Source: Flectonema sp. DT1601 (Eukaryota). Taken from it: DNA of 64,000 nt. Numbering within the stretch: the first letter of the stretch is position 1; each line of letters begins with the position of its first letter. A program made the position numbers and the translations under genes. Positions 25,506 through 36,026 of the stretch are shown here, piece by piece. A model generated the notes under the pieces. That model saw only the letters and a program-made list of their open reading frames with translations, searched no databases and was not told the DNA's origin. The stretch is taken from positions 930,001-994,000 of the forward strand of contig OZ025803.1 in assembly GCA_964019425.1 (NCBI GenBank), read 5' to 3'.

Positions 25506-26170
25506 TCGGTGTCTGCCGCAATGTGGAATGGAGGGCCAAAGCCAAAAGCTTGCCCGGATCCACCTGAAACCACCACTAAAAGGACAGTTTTCTCATAGTT
25601 TGTGATTATTTATATGTTGTGGGAGGAAATAAATAGGCAAGGCTTATTACAGGTTTTGATGCCAAGGCTGACAATATACTGAGTTGAGGAAGTTGGGAGT
25701 GGAATAGGGGCAGTGAACTTTTGATTCAGGCCCTTCCCATCGGACAGGACGAAGACTTCTAAAACCTAAGATGAACCAATTGAGTTGAAACAAACAGATA
25801 ACAGAGACGCAACACATACCGGAACATCATCGCAAGCAATGCTTCGGACCTCCGTCGACCTTCGTTCTTCCGGCGGCAAAGGGAAACAAGAAAGAACGGG
25901 CAAAGAGACAAACCTGTTAGTTGGTGTTGTGTTGTTGTTAAAAACAAAAACATAAACGCCAGGAAGTTCGACAACGAAGACATCGACATCGATCGCTGCT
26001 CTGCAGATGTCCGGCGGGTGTTTGTCTACACTGTGTTTATTGTTTGTTTTTACCCTCAGGCTCAACCTTGGGGAAGAGAAGTAAAAATTCCGTCAATGTT
26101 GGCCTTCCTGTTCGAAGGTGCGCACCAATGACGATAAATAGAGTGGGGGGAGACCAGGGAAGGTTACACT

Positions 26171-26377
26171 GTGAGAACCTGTGAATGCGGTGGGAAGGTA
26201 TCGAGATACAGCAAGAAGGCTCATGTCAAATCGGTGAAACATCAAACATATTTGAAGCTTGTTGAGAGCGTGAAGAATAACGCTAGTGAAGGAGTTAATG
26301 AACATGATCGCTTGCTGGAATGCGAGAAAAGGTTGTCCGAGATAATGACCTTACTGAGCAAGGTTAGAGGTATGTGA
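26171..26377 (+). pseudogene. 5'-truncated small CECG zinc-finger gene (second copy 32047-32253; paralog of 34673-34927)
   Basis: CECGGK..YSKKAHVKSVKH; the N-terminus of the paralog is replaced by the 370-bp repeat. Confidence 0.6.
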
Positions 26378-26936
26378 TATGATTTCATTGCAATTGCAAT
26401 GATGTCCTGGAGGGAAAAGGGAGCATTGATACAGCCCCCCTGTGGAAAGAGATAAGGGATTAAAACGGGGGCTCAGGCTATAGGTTTCTTTTCTTGTAGC
26501 ATACTTAAAAGGTGGCCTAAAAGGAAGAAAACATAAAAAGAAAAGCTAAATGGAAACGAAGGGATTTGGGAGAGGGCAAAACTTTTTTTTTTCTTTTTTT
26601 TTTTTTTTTTTTTTTTTTGTACCCGTGCTACACAGTTACAGAATGCCCGCAAACTCTCATAAGAATTTAGGGGCTGATTCGAGCAAGGAGCTAAGCCGAG
26701 GTTATTTTTAGCCGATAGCTTCACTGATCAGAAGAAGGTTATACTGCTTGAAAATACGATGCAAAAAGAAATGAGATGGTTAACAAAAATATTATAAAGG
26801 AAAGGAAAAAAGGAAACGGAATAAACATGAGAGATGGGACCTGTTGGTCAGCAAAGGTTTACTGTGTCAGTCAAAAACCACTAAGGATTTCAGGTCAGAC
26901 TCGAAACAAAGAGGAAAGAAGAAGGCCCACATGCTT

Positions 26937-27626
26937 TCAGTTGGAAGATCTCGTGGGCAGAATTTTCTTCACGATTTCGAGTATCTTCGTGTGCACATCA
27001 GCATCCTCCTCTCCTTTAGATAACACACTTAGAGTGTCAGTGTAGAGTTGGACGGAGTGAAGTACTCGTAAATTGTACCCCGTGAGGTCCATACATGAAA
27101 CCACGAAGCTGTGGAGGTCATCAACCGGTCTGGGCGTGTATTTGGTGAGTTTTTGGATCCACGGTGCTCTGAATTCCTCTGGGGCACCCTCGTGCAGAAC
27201 CTCTGAAGTGCCTTTGATGGCAGACCCCCAGTCATTGAGCAGCACAGTAGGGTCACCGTCGATTTGAGTTGAAAAAAAGTTGCTCGTTGTAACGTCACGG
27301 TGCACGTACTCTTTGGAATGGACAATTCGTAGGATATCCATCAAAGCAACTGCATCCTCGTAGTAAAATATCCGATCAGCTCTGTTAAAGTGACGGGCAA
27401 AAGGTTTAACAACAAGATACTTCCCTCCTGATGCAATGATCCTGAGGATGCGTTCACTAAGTCCCTCTGCGAGAGCAGTGAGAATCGATGCTTCTTTCTT
27501 CTGGCGATCCTCATTATCATACACCTTAAGCACTCCGCTGTTGTCAGCGAGACTGTACACATTACAAGTCGCACCTCGCCCACGCCATGGACCAGCAACG
27601 TACTCATTCCCGTTGATAGCCACTGG
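26937..27626 (-). pseudogene. Kinase-domain-only truncated copy of the REase+kinase gene
   Basis: Identical to the 3' part of 32813-34477; the 5' part is replaced by the YR element at 27626/27627. Confidence 0.85.
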
Positions 27627-27739
27627 ATTCAGGCAACGAGAATTTTCTACTGGATGGCGAAGCCGAGCTTCAGACCGCAGAAACATCAACTCTAGGAACG
27701 CTAGAAGGAGATGTAATAAAAAGAGCAGTCTTAAATATT

Positions 27740-28648
27740 TTGCAACAGAGTGTCAAGAAAAAGAAGCAATCGGAGGACGAAGTGGACCCGGACGAGGCCG
27801 AGGAGAGGATTCAAGGCCTGGTCGAGAAGACTTGGGCGAAGCCAACAACGGTTGCAAGAAGAGCACTGTGGGACAGGTTGAACAGATGGATCCAATTGAA
27901 CGACCTTCCCTTGAACGCAAACTCGGCAGTTCTGTTTGTGGCGGCAACAGGAGCGGCCCCATCTGCCCTCCTTACGTATTCAAAGCACCTGTCAGCGATG
28001 ATGGGGAAGCTGGGAATGGAGACAAGTCCGTTATCAATAATGGGTACTTCGTTGAGAGCCGCTGGTGCCGAGATTCCAAGCAGGCAGGCAGAACCGATGG
28101 CGAAGGAAGATTTGGTGAAGTGGGCCAAGACACAAAAAGTGAATGTCCGGTTGGCACTCATGATCTGCTGGAAGACCGCGTCCCGGTGGGGAGAGGTGGC
28201 GACCCTGTCAAGCGAGCAGGTGAATGTGATAAGCAGAAACGAGGTGATTGTCGACTGGGCAACGAACCCCAAGGGCAGAAAGCGGAATCCGTTCTACCCT
28301 GGAAGGTGGGCAGTTATCGTGGGAGACCTGGTGGAGGAGATCGCGTCCGACAACATCCAGTTAGGAAAGTACGAAAGACTGACGGAGTGGGACACAGCAA
28401 AGTTGGTGCAGGAATGGAGAAGGGAGAAGTACATGAAGAAGTACTCGGCGCACTCCATCAAGCGAGGGGCGATAAGTCGCCTGTTCGAACAGTTGGCGAG
28501 CGGAGAGGATATCAGGGAGGAATTAATAAGCCGCCTCGCGAAGCACAGCACAACCGCCGCCCTCTCGAACACAACGATCCGGTACGGAGGAAACCCAGTG
28601 GCATTGGCCCGGGCATTGCGAACATCGGAGGTGACGATTCACCTCTGA
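27740..28648 (+). CDS. Tyrosine recombinase of family-1 element (start uncertain)
   Basis: Catalytic motifs WKTASRW (R), HSIKRG, LAKH, TIRY. Confidence 0.88.
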   Translation: MQQSVKKKKQSEDEVDPDEAEERIQGLVEKTWAKPTTVARRALWDRLNRWIQLNDLPLNANSAVLFVAATGAAPSALLTYSKHLSAMMGKLGMETSPLSIMGTSLRAAGAEIPSRQAEPMAKEDLVKWAKTQKVNVRLALMICWKTASRWGEVATLSSEQVNVISRNEVIVDWATNPKGRKRNPFYPGRWAVIVGDLVEEIASDNIQLGKYERLTEWDTAKLVQEWRREKYMKKYSAHSIKRGAISRLFEQLASGEDIREELISRLAKHSTTAALSNTTIRYGGNPVALARALRTSEVTIHL

Positions 28649-28662
28649 CCTGTATTAGGAAA

Positions 28663-30345
28663 ATGAGGGCGCAGTTTACTCACAGAGGAAAGAGTACTCG
28701 TCTGCCTTCAACAGTTGAGGAGAGGGGCGCGCCGTTGCATGTCTCGAAGATACCGGAGATGAATCTCAGACATGTCAGGTCACGAATGCTACCTTCGATA
28801 AGGAAGCGTTTTGAACATGTATGGTCACTCACATTTAATTATATCAACAAACAGGAAAAAGAAAGTAGAAAGAAGAAATCAAGGTTTTCAGCAGACCATG
28901 CTAAGAAGCTGGCTGAGTGTCATATTGCCGTTCCTTTTAATTTATCTGAGTCAAGGGCGCATAATGTGCCATTTACTGTTTTCGAAGAAAGAGAGTCTGG
29001 AAATAGACAGAGGTTTATTTTGTGGACAAAAGAAGAGAACGAAAGAATCACAGGGGAGGGGTATGTTCCTTTTGTCCCGTTGAAACACATTTCGGAATAC
29101 CTGGGTGCAGTTGACTCAGAGGTTGCATCTCTGAGAGACTTCAAAACTGGTTTTTACCAGGTTGCAATCCCAGAAGAGGCAAGAGGCCTGTTTGCGTTTC
29201 AGGATTCCGAGGGTGCTTCGTATGCCTTGACCAGACTGCCCATGGGGCATGTTTGTGCACCGGAAATAATGAACACCGTGGCTGCTGTGGTAGCAGGTGA
29301 CCCGCTTTTTGTCAAGGACAGGTATGCGGAGAAGGATGTTGGGATCCATTGGTGGATCGACAATATCAGGTATTTCGGTGGAAGGGAGAAGGTGCACAGT
29401 GCAACAGAAAGATTGGATAAACTGGCATCTGAATGCAACATTTCTTGGAAACCACAGGATACAGTTAACTGTGGTGGATCTTATGATTTTCTTGGTGTTT
29501 CTTTTTTACATAATGCAAAGGAAGTGGGCTTAGGTGCCAAGATTAGAAGAGGTATTTTCAAGTGTGATTTAAATCGTATGACTGCCTCGAGTATCGAGTC
29601 ATTAGGGGGGAGACTTCTACATGCGAGTGCAATTTCAGGTGTTCCACCTGGGCGTTACTGGTTTGCTTTAAAGTTTCTGAGAAGAGTAACAAACAAGCTC
29701 AACAAGGGCTCTTTACGTGTTGAACAGGAAGTGGTTATTCCCCCCTCTGTGAAAAGAGAGTTTTTCAATTGGTGTAAGTCGGTCCAGAAGAAAAGGATCA
29801 TTAAGTTGAATGGGACAAAGAAAAAGAAAGCTGAGGTATTTGTTGATGCCTCGCTCCAAGGGTGGGGCGGGGTTATTGTTTGGGAATCTGGAGAATTGGA
29901 AATCCTGGGAGGGGCATGGCCATATGGTGGGAGTCGCCACATTAACATTCTTGAAGCTGATGCTCTGGCCAGGACTCTGGGTGGAATCAGCCATGCTGAC
30001 CACCTGGACATCTGGGTAGACAATACCTCGGTATGTGGAGCATTCAGGAAGAGAATGTGTGTAAGATCGCATGATTTGAACTTTTTTGTTATAAAAGCAG
30101 TGGAGAGAATTTTGTTTTTTAAGTGTTCTTTTTCTTTAAAATGGGTGAGTACGAAGTACAACCCAGCAGATATTCCATCTAGGGAAGCAATATCTTCGGC
30201 TACCAGGCAGAAGGTAGAACTTGCGCTGGGGGAATTCTTTAACTCGCGGCGGGGTGGTGGAGCCGGCAACCCAACGAACAGAACTGGGACCGGCAGCGGC
30301 GTCCAGCCCATCCATGGCGGACCCACCACAACCCCAACGCGGTGA
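28663..30345 (+). CDS. Reverse transcriptase-RNase H of family-1 element
   Basis: DFKTGFYQ, RLPMG, WIDN; RNase H motifs FVDAS, HINILEA, VDNTS, NPADIPSR. The frame is also open upstream across the YR gene. Confidence 0.9.
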   Translation: MRAQFTHRGKSTRLPSTVEERGAPLHVSKIPEMNLRHVRSRMLPSIRKRFEHVWSLTFNYINKQEKESRKKKSRFSADHAKKLAECHIAVPFNLSESRAHNVPFTVFEERESGNRQRFILWTKEENERITGEGYVPFVPLKHISEYLGAVDSEVASLRDFKTGFYQVAIPEEARGLFAFQDSEGASYALTRLPMGHVCAPEIMNTVAAVVAGDPLFVKDRYAEKDVGIHWWIDNIRYFGGREKVHSATERLDKLASECNISWKPQDTVNCGGSYDFLGVSFLHNAKEVGLGAKIRRGIFKCDLNRMTASSIESLGGRLLHASAISGVPPGRYWFALKFLRRVTNKLNKGSLRVEQEVVIPPSVKREFFNWCKSVQKKRIIKLNGTKKKKAEVFVDASLQGWGGVIVWESGELEILGGAWPYGGSRHINILEADALARTLGGISHADHLDIWVDNTSVCGAFRKRMCVRSHDLNFFVIKAVERILFFKCSFSLKWVSTKYNPADIPSREAISSATRQKVELALGEFFNSRRGGGAGNPTNRTGTGSGVQPIHGGPTTTPTR

Positions 30346-31658
30346 CCTACTCGCATGGGTAGTCCACCAAGTTGACCATTGTTTAGTTTATTGATATCAC
30401 CGAGTGATTTGTTTCTCATGTTTCCTTTCTTCCAAACAGGTGCCCAAAGGATGCAAGATAATTACTGTTAAATATATTTCAGTAATTTGCAGCATCCCAA
30501 AGCACCGTTTCAACAAGCATCGAATTTTTCGATGCGTTCCCATAATGTAAATCCAACATTATGATTATTAGTTTCTTAATACCAATTCTTAATTCACACC
30601 CATTTATCAGATTTCGAACCCCGTTTCGCGCATACCATTTTCACGAATTTTAAATTCCCACCCACCCACACCTTTTTAAAAAAAAAAAAAAAAAAAGTCC
30701 CACCCACCGACCCTCCATCGCCGGCAACCCAACGAACAGAACTGGGACCGGCAGCGGCGTCCAGCCCATCCATGGCGGACCCACCACAACCCCAACGCGG
30801 TGACCTACTCGCATGGGTAGTCCACCAAGTTGACCATTGTTTAGTTTATTGATATCACCGAGTGATTTGTTTCTCATGTTTCCTTTCTTCCAAACAGGTG
30901 CCCAAAGGATGCAAGATAATTACTGTACTTTATTGTTTTTTCCCTCCCTCGCCCCATCCCCGTCAGCGAGTAGGAAAGCGCAGCTAGGAATTTTTCCACG
31001 CAAGCGGATCCCACAACCCGACCACCCTTCCCCACGCTCATCCCATCCGCCCTCCCCCACCCCAACAAAATGAAATCGGCGGCAGCCACGATACAGGCGC
31101 AACAGACCGGAGTGGGTACGGAGAGGTCTAGGGAAGAGATCGGTCCGCTGCTCATCGCGGCATGCGCGTGTAGAGGAAGGACGGGGGCTGTCACCACAAT
31201 GACAAAGCAGACACCATCACCGAAGAAGCAGCCACCACCGATCCCTATGTGTGACTTGTGCGGCCAAAACAGCCACAATAAACACAACAAAAAAGGTTTG
31301 CACCCTTTTGCCTCTTTGTTTCTTTCTCGCCGCTCGCCGTCAAGCACACATTGGGATAGATTAGATGGGTATGCTGGATGATCGGTGTCTGCCGCAATGT
31401 GGAATGGAGGGCCAAAGCCAAAAGCTTGCCCGGATCCACCTGAAACCACCACTAAAAGGACAGTTTTCTCATAGTTTGTGATTATTTATATGTTGTGGGA
31501 GGAAATAAATAGGCAAGGCTTATTACAGGTTTTGATGCCAAGGCTGACAATATACTGAGTTGAGGAAGTTGGGAGTGGAATAGGGGCAGTGAACTTTTGA
31601 TTCAGGCCCTTCCCATCGGACAGGACGAAGACTTCTAAAACCTAAGATGAACCAATTG

Positions 31659-32029
31659 AGTTGAAACAAACAGATAACAGAGACGCAACACATACCGGAA
31701 CATCATCGCAAGCAATGCTTCGGACCTCCGTCGACCTTCGTTCTTCCGGCGGCAAAGGGAAACAAGAAAGAACGGGCAAAGAGACAAACCTGTTAGTTGG
31801 TGTTGTGTTGTTGTTAAAAACAAAAACATAAACGCCAGGAAGTTCGACAACGAAGACATCGACATCGATCGCTGCTCTGCAGATGTCCGGCGGGTGTTTG
31901 TCTACACTGTGTTTATTGTTTGTTTTTACCCTCAGGCTCAACCTTGGGGAAGAGAAGTAAAAATTCCGTCAATGTTGGCCTTCCTGTTCGAAGGTGCGCA
32001 CCAATGACGATAAATAGAGTGGGGGGAGA
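31659..32029. repeat. ~370-bp dispersed direct repeat (also 25783-26153 and 35273-35644)
   Basis: agttgaaacaaacagataac...ggggggaga, near-identical in three places; two copies bracket the kinase module. Confidence 0.9.
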
Positions 32030-32812
32030 CCAGGGAAGGTTACACTGTGAGAACCTGTGAATGCGGTGGGAAGGTATCGAGATACAGCAAGAAGGCTCAT
32101 GTCAAATCGGTGAAACATCAAACATATTTGAAGCTTGTTGAGAGCGTGAAGAATAACGCTAGTGAAGGAGTTAATGAACATGATCGCTTGCTGGAATGCG
32201 AGAAAAGGTTGTCCGAGATAATGACCTTACTGAGCAAGGTTAGAGGTATGTGATATGATTTCATTGCAATTGCAATGATGTCCTGGAGGGAAAAGGGAGC
32301 ATTGATACAGCCCCCCTGTGGAAAGAGATAAGGGATTAAAACGGGGGCTCAGGCTATAGGTTTCTTTTCTTGTAGCATACTTAAAAGGTGGCCTAAAAGG
32401 AAGAAAACATAAAAAGAAAAGCTAAATGGAAACGAAGGGATTTGGGAGAGGGCAAAACTTTTTTTTTTCTTTTTTTTTTTTTTTTTTTTTTTTTGTACCC
32501 GTGCTACACAGTTACAGAATGCCCGCAAACTCTCATAAGAATTTAGGGGCTGATTCGAGCAAGGAGCTAAGCCGAGGTTATTTTTAGCCGATAGCTTCAC
32601 TGATCAGAAGAAGGTTATACTGCTTGAAAATACGATGCAAAAAGAAATGAGATGGTTAACAAAAATATTATAAAGGAAAGGAAAAAAGGAAACGGAATAA
32701 ACATGAGAGATGGGACCTGTTGGTCAGCAAAGGTTTACTGTGTCAGTCAAAAACCACTAAGGATTTCAGGTCAGACTCGAAACAAAGAGGAAAGAAGAAG
32801 GCCCACATGCTT

Positions 32813-34477
32813 TCAGTTGGAAGATCTCGTGGGCAGAATTTTCTTCACGATTTCGAGTATCTTCGTGTGCACATCAGCATCCTCCTCTCCTTTAGATAAC
32901 ACACTTAGAGTGTCAGTGTAGAGTTGGACGGAGTGAAGTACTCGTAAATTGTACCCCGTGAGGTCCATACATGAAACCACGAAGCTGTGGAGGTCATCAA
33001 CCGGTCTGGGCGTGTATTTGGTGAGTTTTTGGATCCACGGTGCTCTGAATTCCTCTGGGGCACCCTCGTGCAGAACCTCTGAAGTGCCTTTGATGGCAGA
33101 CCCCCAGTCATTGAGCAGCACAGTAGGGTCACCGTCGATTTGAGTTGAAAAAAAGTTGCTCGTTGTAACGTCACGGTGCACGTACTCTTTGGAATGGACA
33201 ATTCGTAGGATATCCATCAAAGCAACTGCATCCTCGTAGTAAAATATCCGATCAGCTCTGTTAAAGTGACGGGCAAAAGGTTTAACAACAAGATACTTCC
33301 CTCCTGATGCAATGATCCTGAGGATGCGTTCACTAAGTCCCTCTGCGAGAGCAGTGAGAATCGATGCTTCTTTCTTCTGGCGATCCTCATTATCATACAC
33401 CTTAAGCACTCCGCTGTTGTCAGCGAGACTGTACACATTACAAGTCGCACCTCGCCCACGCCATGGACCAGCAACGTACTCATTCCCGTTGATAGCCACT
33501 GGCTCGCACATTCCAAAATCAAAGCTGCTGCTTTCCATGAACCCTCGTACGGTCTTCCAGGCACTTTCTTTTTCATTTACATCACTGTACTCATACTTTG
33601 TCATTCCTTCCCCATGTTCTCCAAACTCACAGCGCATAACTAAGGATTGATACCCGTTAAAGAGCATGCCATAGACAACCCTCCTTCGACCCTGAAAGTG
33701 TGCAATTCTGCTCAACTTGTCCAGCAGTTCACCTTTAGTCTCGTTGCTGTTGATGCTAACATTCGGTGCTTTCAATTCAATTATGGCAATGAGTGTGTGT
33801 GTTTCAGCCGTCTTGCCCTTCAATGTGCAGGACAGGTCAGGGCACTGAGCGTTGAGTTCTCCCTTTGAATCCTTGAGACAGGAAGAGTTATGGGTGTCAT
33901 GCCACGTGAGAGACATGTTTTTGGCATTATCAAATAAGTCGGCAAACGCACTCTGAAGGTCTGCTTCCTCCGTTGCTTCTTTACAACTTGATTTGCATTT
34001 CGTCCATCCTTCTTGCCAGGTGTCACCGGAGTAGCTCCGAACGATATTGCTGTTGTGTGAACCTAGTTCTGATACCTTGAGCGTAAGCTCGCTGCGCGTT
34101 AAAGCAAATGTGTCTGAGCTCTTGGGTCTCTTCAAAATATGCTGTTGCACCTCCTCCACCGCCTCTGCCAAGCGTTTAATCTTGGCATTAGGTTCCCTGA
34201 GTGCAGCCAATTTTGCTGCTACATCTTCACCTTTTGTCAGGAGATTTAGTCGTTCTTTGGCTTTTGTGATATTTTGCTCGAGGTCACTGGCTTCAAGTTC
34301 TGCTAATGCACAATCGTCTGTCTCTGTTTTCTTTTCTTTCGCCATCCTCATTATTTTTACTTTAAGAATTCGCAGGTCCTTCTGCAACTCCTTTACCTTC
34401 GCATCCAACTCCTTTCTCTGCTCCTTTGCGTCTGCCTGGAACTTGTCCACCATCTCCAAATCATGGCTCTCTGCCAT
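32813..34477 (-). CDS. Crinkler/RHS-type effector-like protein: coiled coil + PD-(D/E)xK nuclease fold + protein kinase
   Basis: N-terminal coiled coil; CPDLS...IIELK; kinase motifs GRGATCNVY, VLK, HRDVTTSN, DWG; no intron. Start placed at MAESHD. Confidence 0.78.
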   Translation of the reverse strand: MAESHDLEMVDKFQADAKEQRKELDAKVKELQKDLRILKVKIMRMAKEKKTETDDCALAELEASDLEQNITKAKERLNLLTKGEDVAAKLAALREPNAKIKRLAEAVEEVQQHILKRPKSSDTFALTRSELTLKVSELGSHNSNIVRSYSGDTWQEGWTKCKSSCKEATEEADLQSAFADLFDNAKNMSLTWHDTHNSSCLKDSKGELNAQCPDLSCTLKGKTAETHTLIAIIELKAPNVSINSNETKGELLDKLSRIAHFQGRRRVVYGMLFNGYQSLVMRCEFGEHGEGMTKYEYSDVNEKESAWKTVRGFMESSSFDFGMCEPVAINGNEYVAGPWRGRGATCNVYSLADNSGVLKVYDNEDRQKKEASILTALAEGLSERILRIIASGGKYLVVKPFARHFNRADRIFYYEDAVALMDILRIVHSKEYVHRDVTTSNFFSTQIDGDPTVLLNDWGSAIKGTSEVLHEGAPEEFRAPWIQKLTKYTPRPVDDLHSFVVSCMDLTGYNLRVLHSVQLYTDTLSVLSKGEEDADVHTKILEIVKKILPTRSSN

Positions 34478-34672
34478 TGTTTTGTTTTTGTTTTTGGTTT
34501 CGTTTTCTGGGGCGGGAAGTAATAAATGACTAAAAAATAACACATCCAGAAAGTAACACGCTCGTGGGACTACTGCGAGACTTCCGCGGGACTGTTGCAG
34601 GTTTTCTACGGGACATCCACAATTTTAGGTTCATTTAAAATCAACCCTTAAATATAAAAACTCACTATAAAA

Positions 34673-34927
34673 ATGGGCAGACCACAAAATGGTAAGATTA
34701 AGACCAAGGAAGGGTATACTGTGAGAACCTGTGAATGCGGTGGGAAGGTATCGAGATACAGCGAAAAGGCACATTTCGAGTCAGTGAAACATCAAACATA
34801 TTTGAGACTTGTTGAAAGCATGAAGAATGGGACAACTGAAAGGGTTAACGAACATGATCACCTGCTGGAGTGTGAGAAGAAGCTGTCGGAGATTATGACT
34901 CTGCTAAACGGTGTAAAGAGTCGCTGA
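34673..34927 (+). CDS. 84-aa CECG-type C2H2-like zinc-finger/coiled-coil protein
   Basis: CECGGK..YSEKAHFESVKH. A diverged paralog at 32047 keeps the frame and the motif. Confidence 0.65.
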   Translation: MGRPQNGKIKTKEGYTVRTCECGGKVSRYSEKAHFESVKHQTYLRLVESMKNGTTERVNEHDHLLECEKKLSEIMTLLNGVKSR

Positions 34928-36026
34928 TACCTTGATATTGCATCGATTTCATTGCGATTGTAATGACATTTCCTGTTGAATGAATGTAATAACTTAAGTT
35001 GGACGAACATGATTAATGGGACGAAACGAAAAGGAAAAACAAGTAATTATATCTCAAAGCACCCAACGTGACCTTGGGCCGAGCGGTATCGTTCGTTCAA
35101 ACAGTAAAATAGAGAGGAAAATAAATTTAGAGAGGAAAATAAAGAAAAATGTCAATCACACATGTGGGTGTCATAGTTCCCAATCGAATGAGGGAGTGGG
35201 AAAGATGTAGCCATGGTTCTATTCTCGAAGACTTGGTAATGTGTGCTTGTAATATTTTGCAGACATTTCGTAAGTTGAAACAAACAGATAACAGAGACGC
35301 AACACATACCGGAACATCATCGCAAGCAATGCTTCGGACCTCCGTCGACCTTCGTTCTTCCGGCGGCAAAGGGAAACAAGAAAGAACGGGCAATGAGACA
35401 AACCTGTTAGTTGGTGTTGTGTTGTTGTTAAAAACAAAAACATAAACGCCAGGAAGTTCGACAACGAAGACATCGACATCGATCGCTGCTCTGCAGATGT
35501 CCGGCGGGTGTTTGTCTACACTGTGTTTATTGTTTGTTTTTTTCCCAAGGTTCAACCTTGGGGAAGAGAAGTAAAAAATTCCGTCAATGTTGGCCTTCCT
35601 GTTCGAAGGTGCGCACCAATGACGATAAATAGAGCGGGGGGAGAAAACCTTTGATCCAACTGGATCCCTTCACGAGCTGACATTGCCATGTGAAGTTAAA
35701 TATTCTGGCGATGCCAGCTCAGGCGACTTAGCCTGCTTTTTTCTTTAAATAAAAAAAATAAAAAGATACCAACAGGTGGGGTGATGGGTTGCGCCACTGC
35801 AATCCAGTCACAAAAAGAAACAAAGGTAATCTCAAGGGTTCTCGACCCTTGGCTCTTCCTGCGCAAGCATCGCATGGAGGGTGACGCTAAGCACCCGGGG
35901 GGTACGAAACAAACTTTCCCCCTGCTGTCCTGGTTGAAATAAAAAAAAAAAAAAAAAAAAAAGGGATAGAAGTAAACAGAATACATTACACCTCAACAGG
36001 TGACGCTAAACACCCAGGGGATACAA

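Larger units (their letters stand above)
25051..27626. repeat. ~2.6-kb segment duplicated at 30927-33502 (offset 5876)
   Basis: Identical ORF sets and, where compared, identical sequence at both positions. Confidence 0.95.
27627..30926 (+). mobile_element. VIPER-like tyrosine-recombinase retrotransposon (family 1), 5'-truncated, with B1-A2-B2 split direct repeats
   Basis: YR followed by RT/RNase H ORFs; B1 30262-30468 equals B2 30720-30926 with A2 between; it ends at CTGT followed by the SL tail ACTTTATTG. Confidence 0.9.

Noticed and set aside
27436..30345. 969-aa ORF as one real protein
   Set aside because: Its first ~64 codons are antisense kinase sequence across a rearrangement junction; only the part from ~28663 has RT/RNase H motifs.
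31659..35644. LTR retrotransposon
   Set aside because: The direct repeats lack TG...CA ends, PBS/PPT and a TSD, and no gag/pol lies between them.
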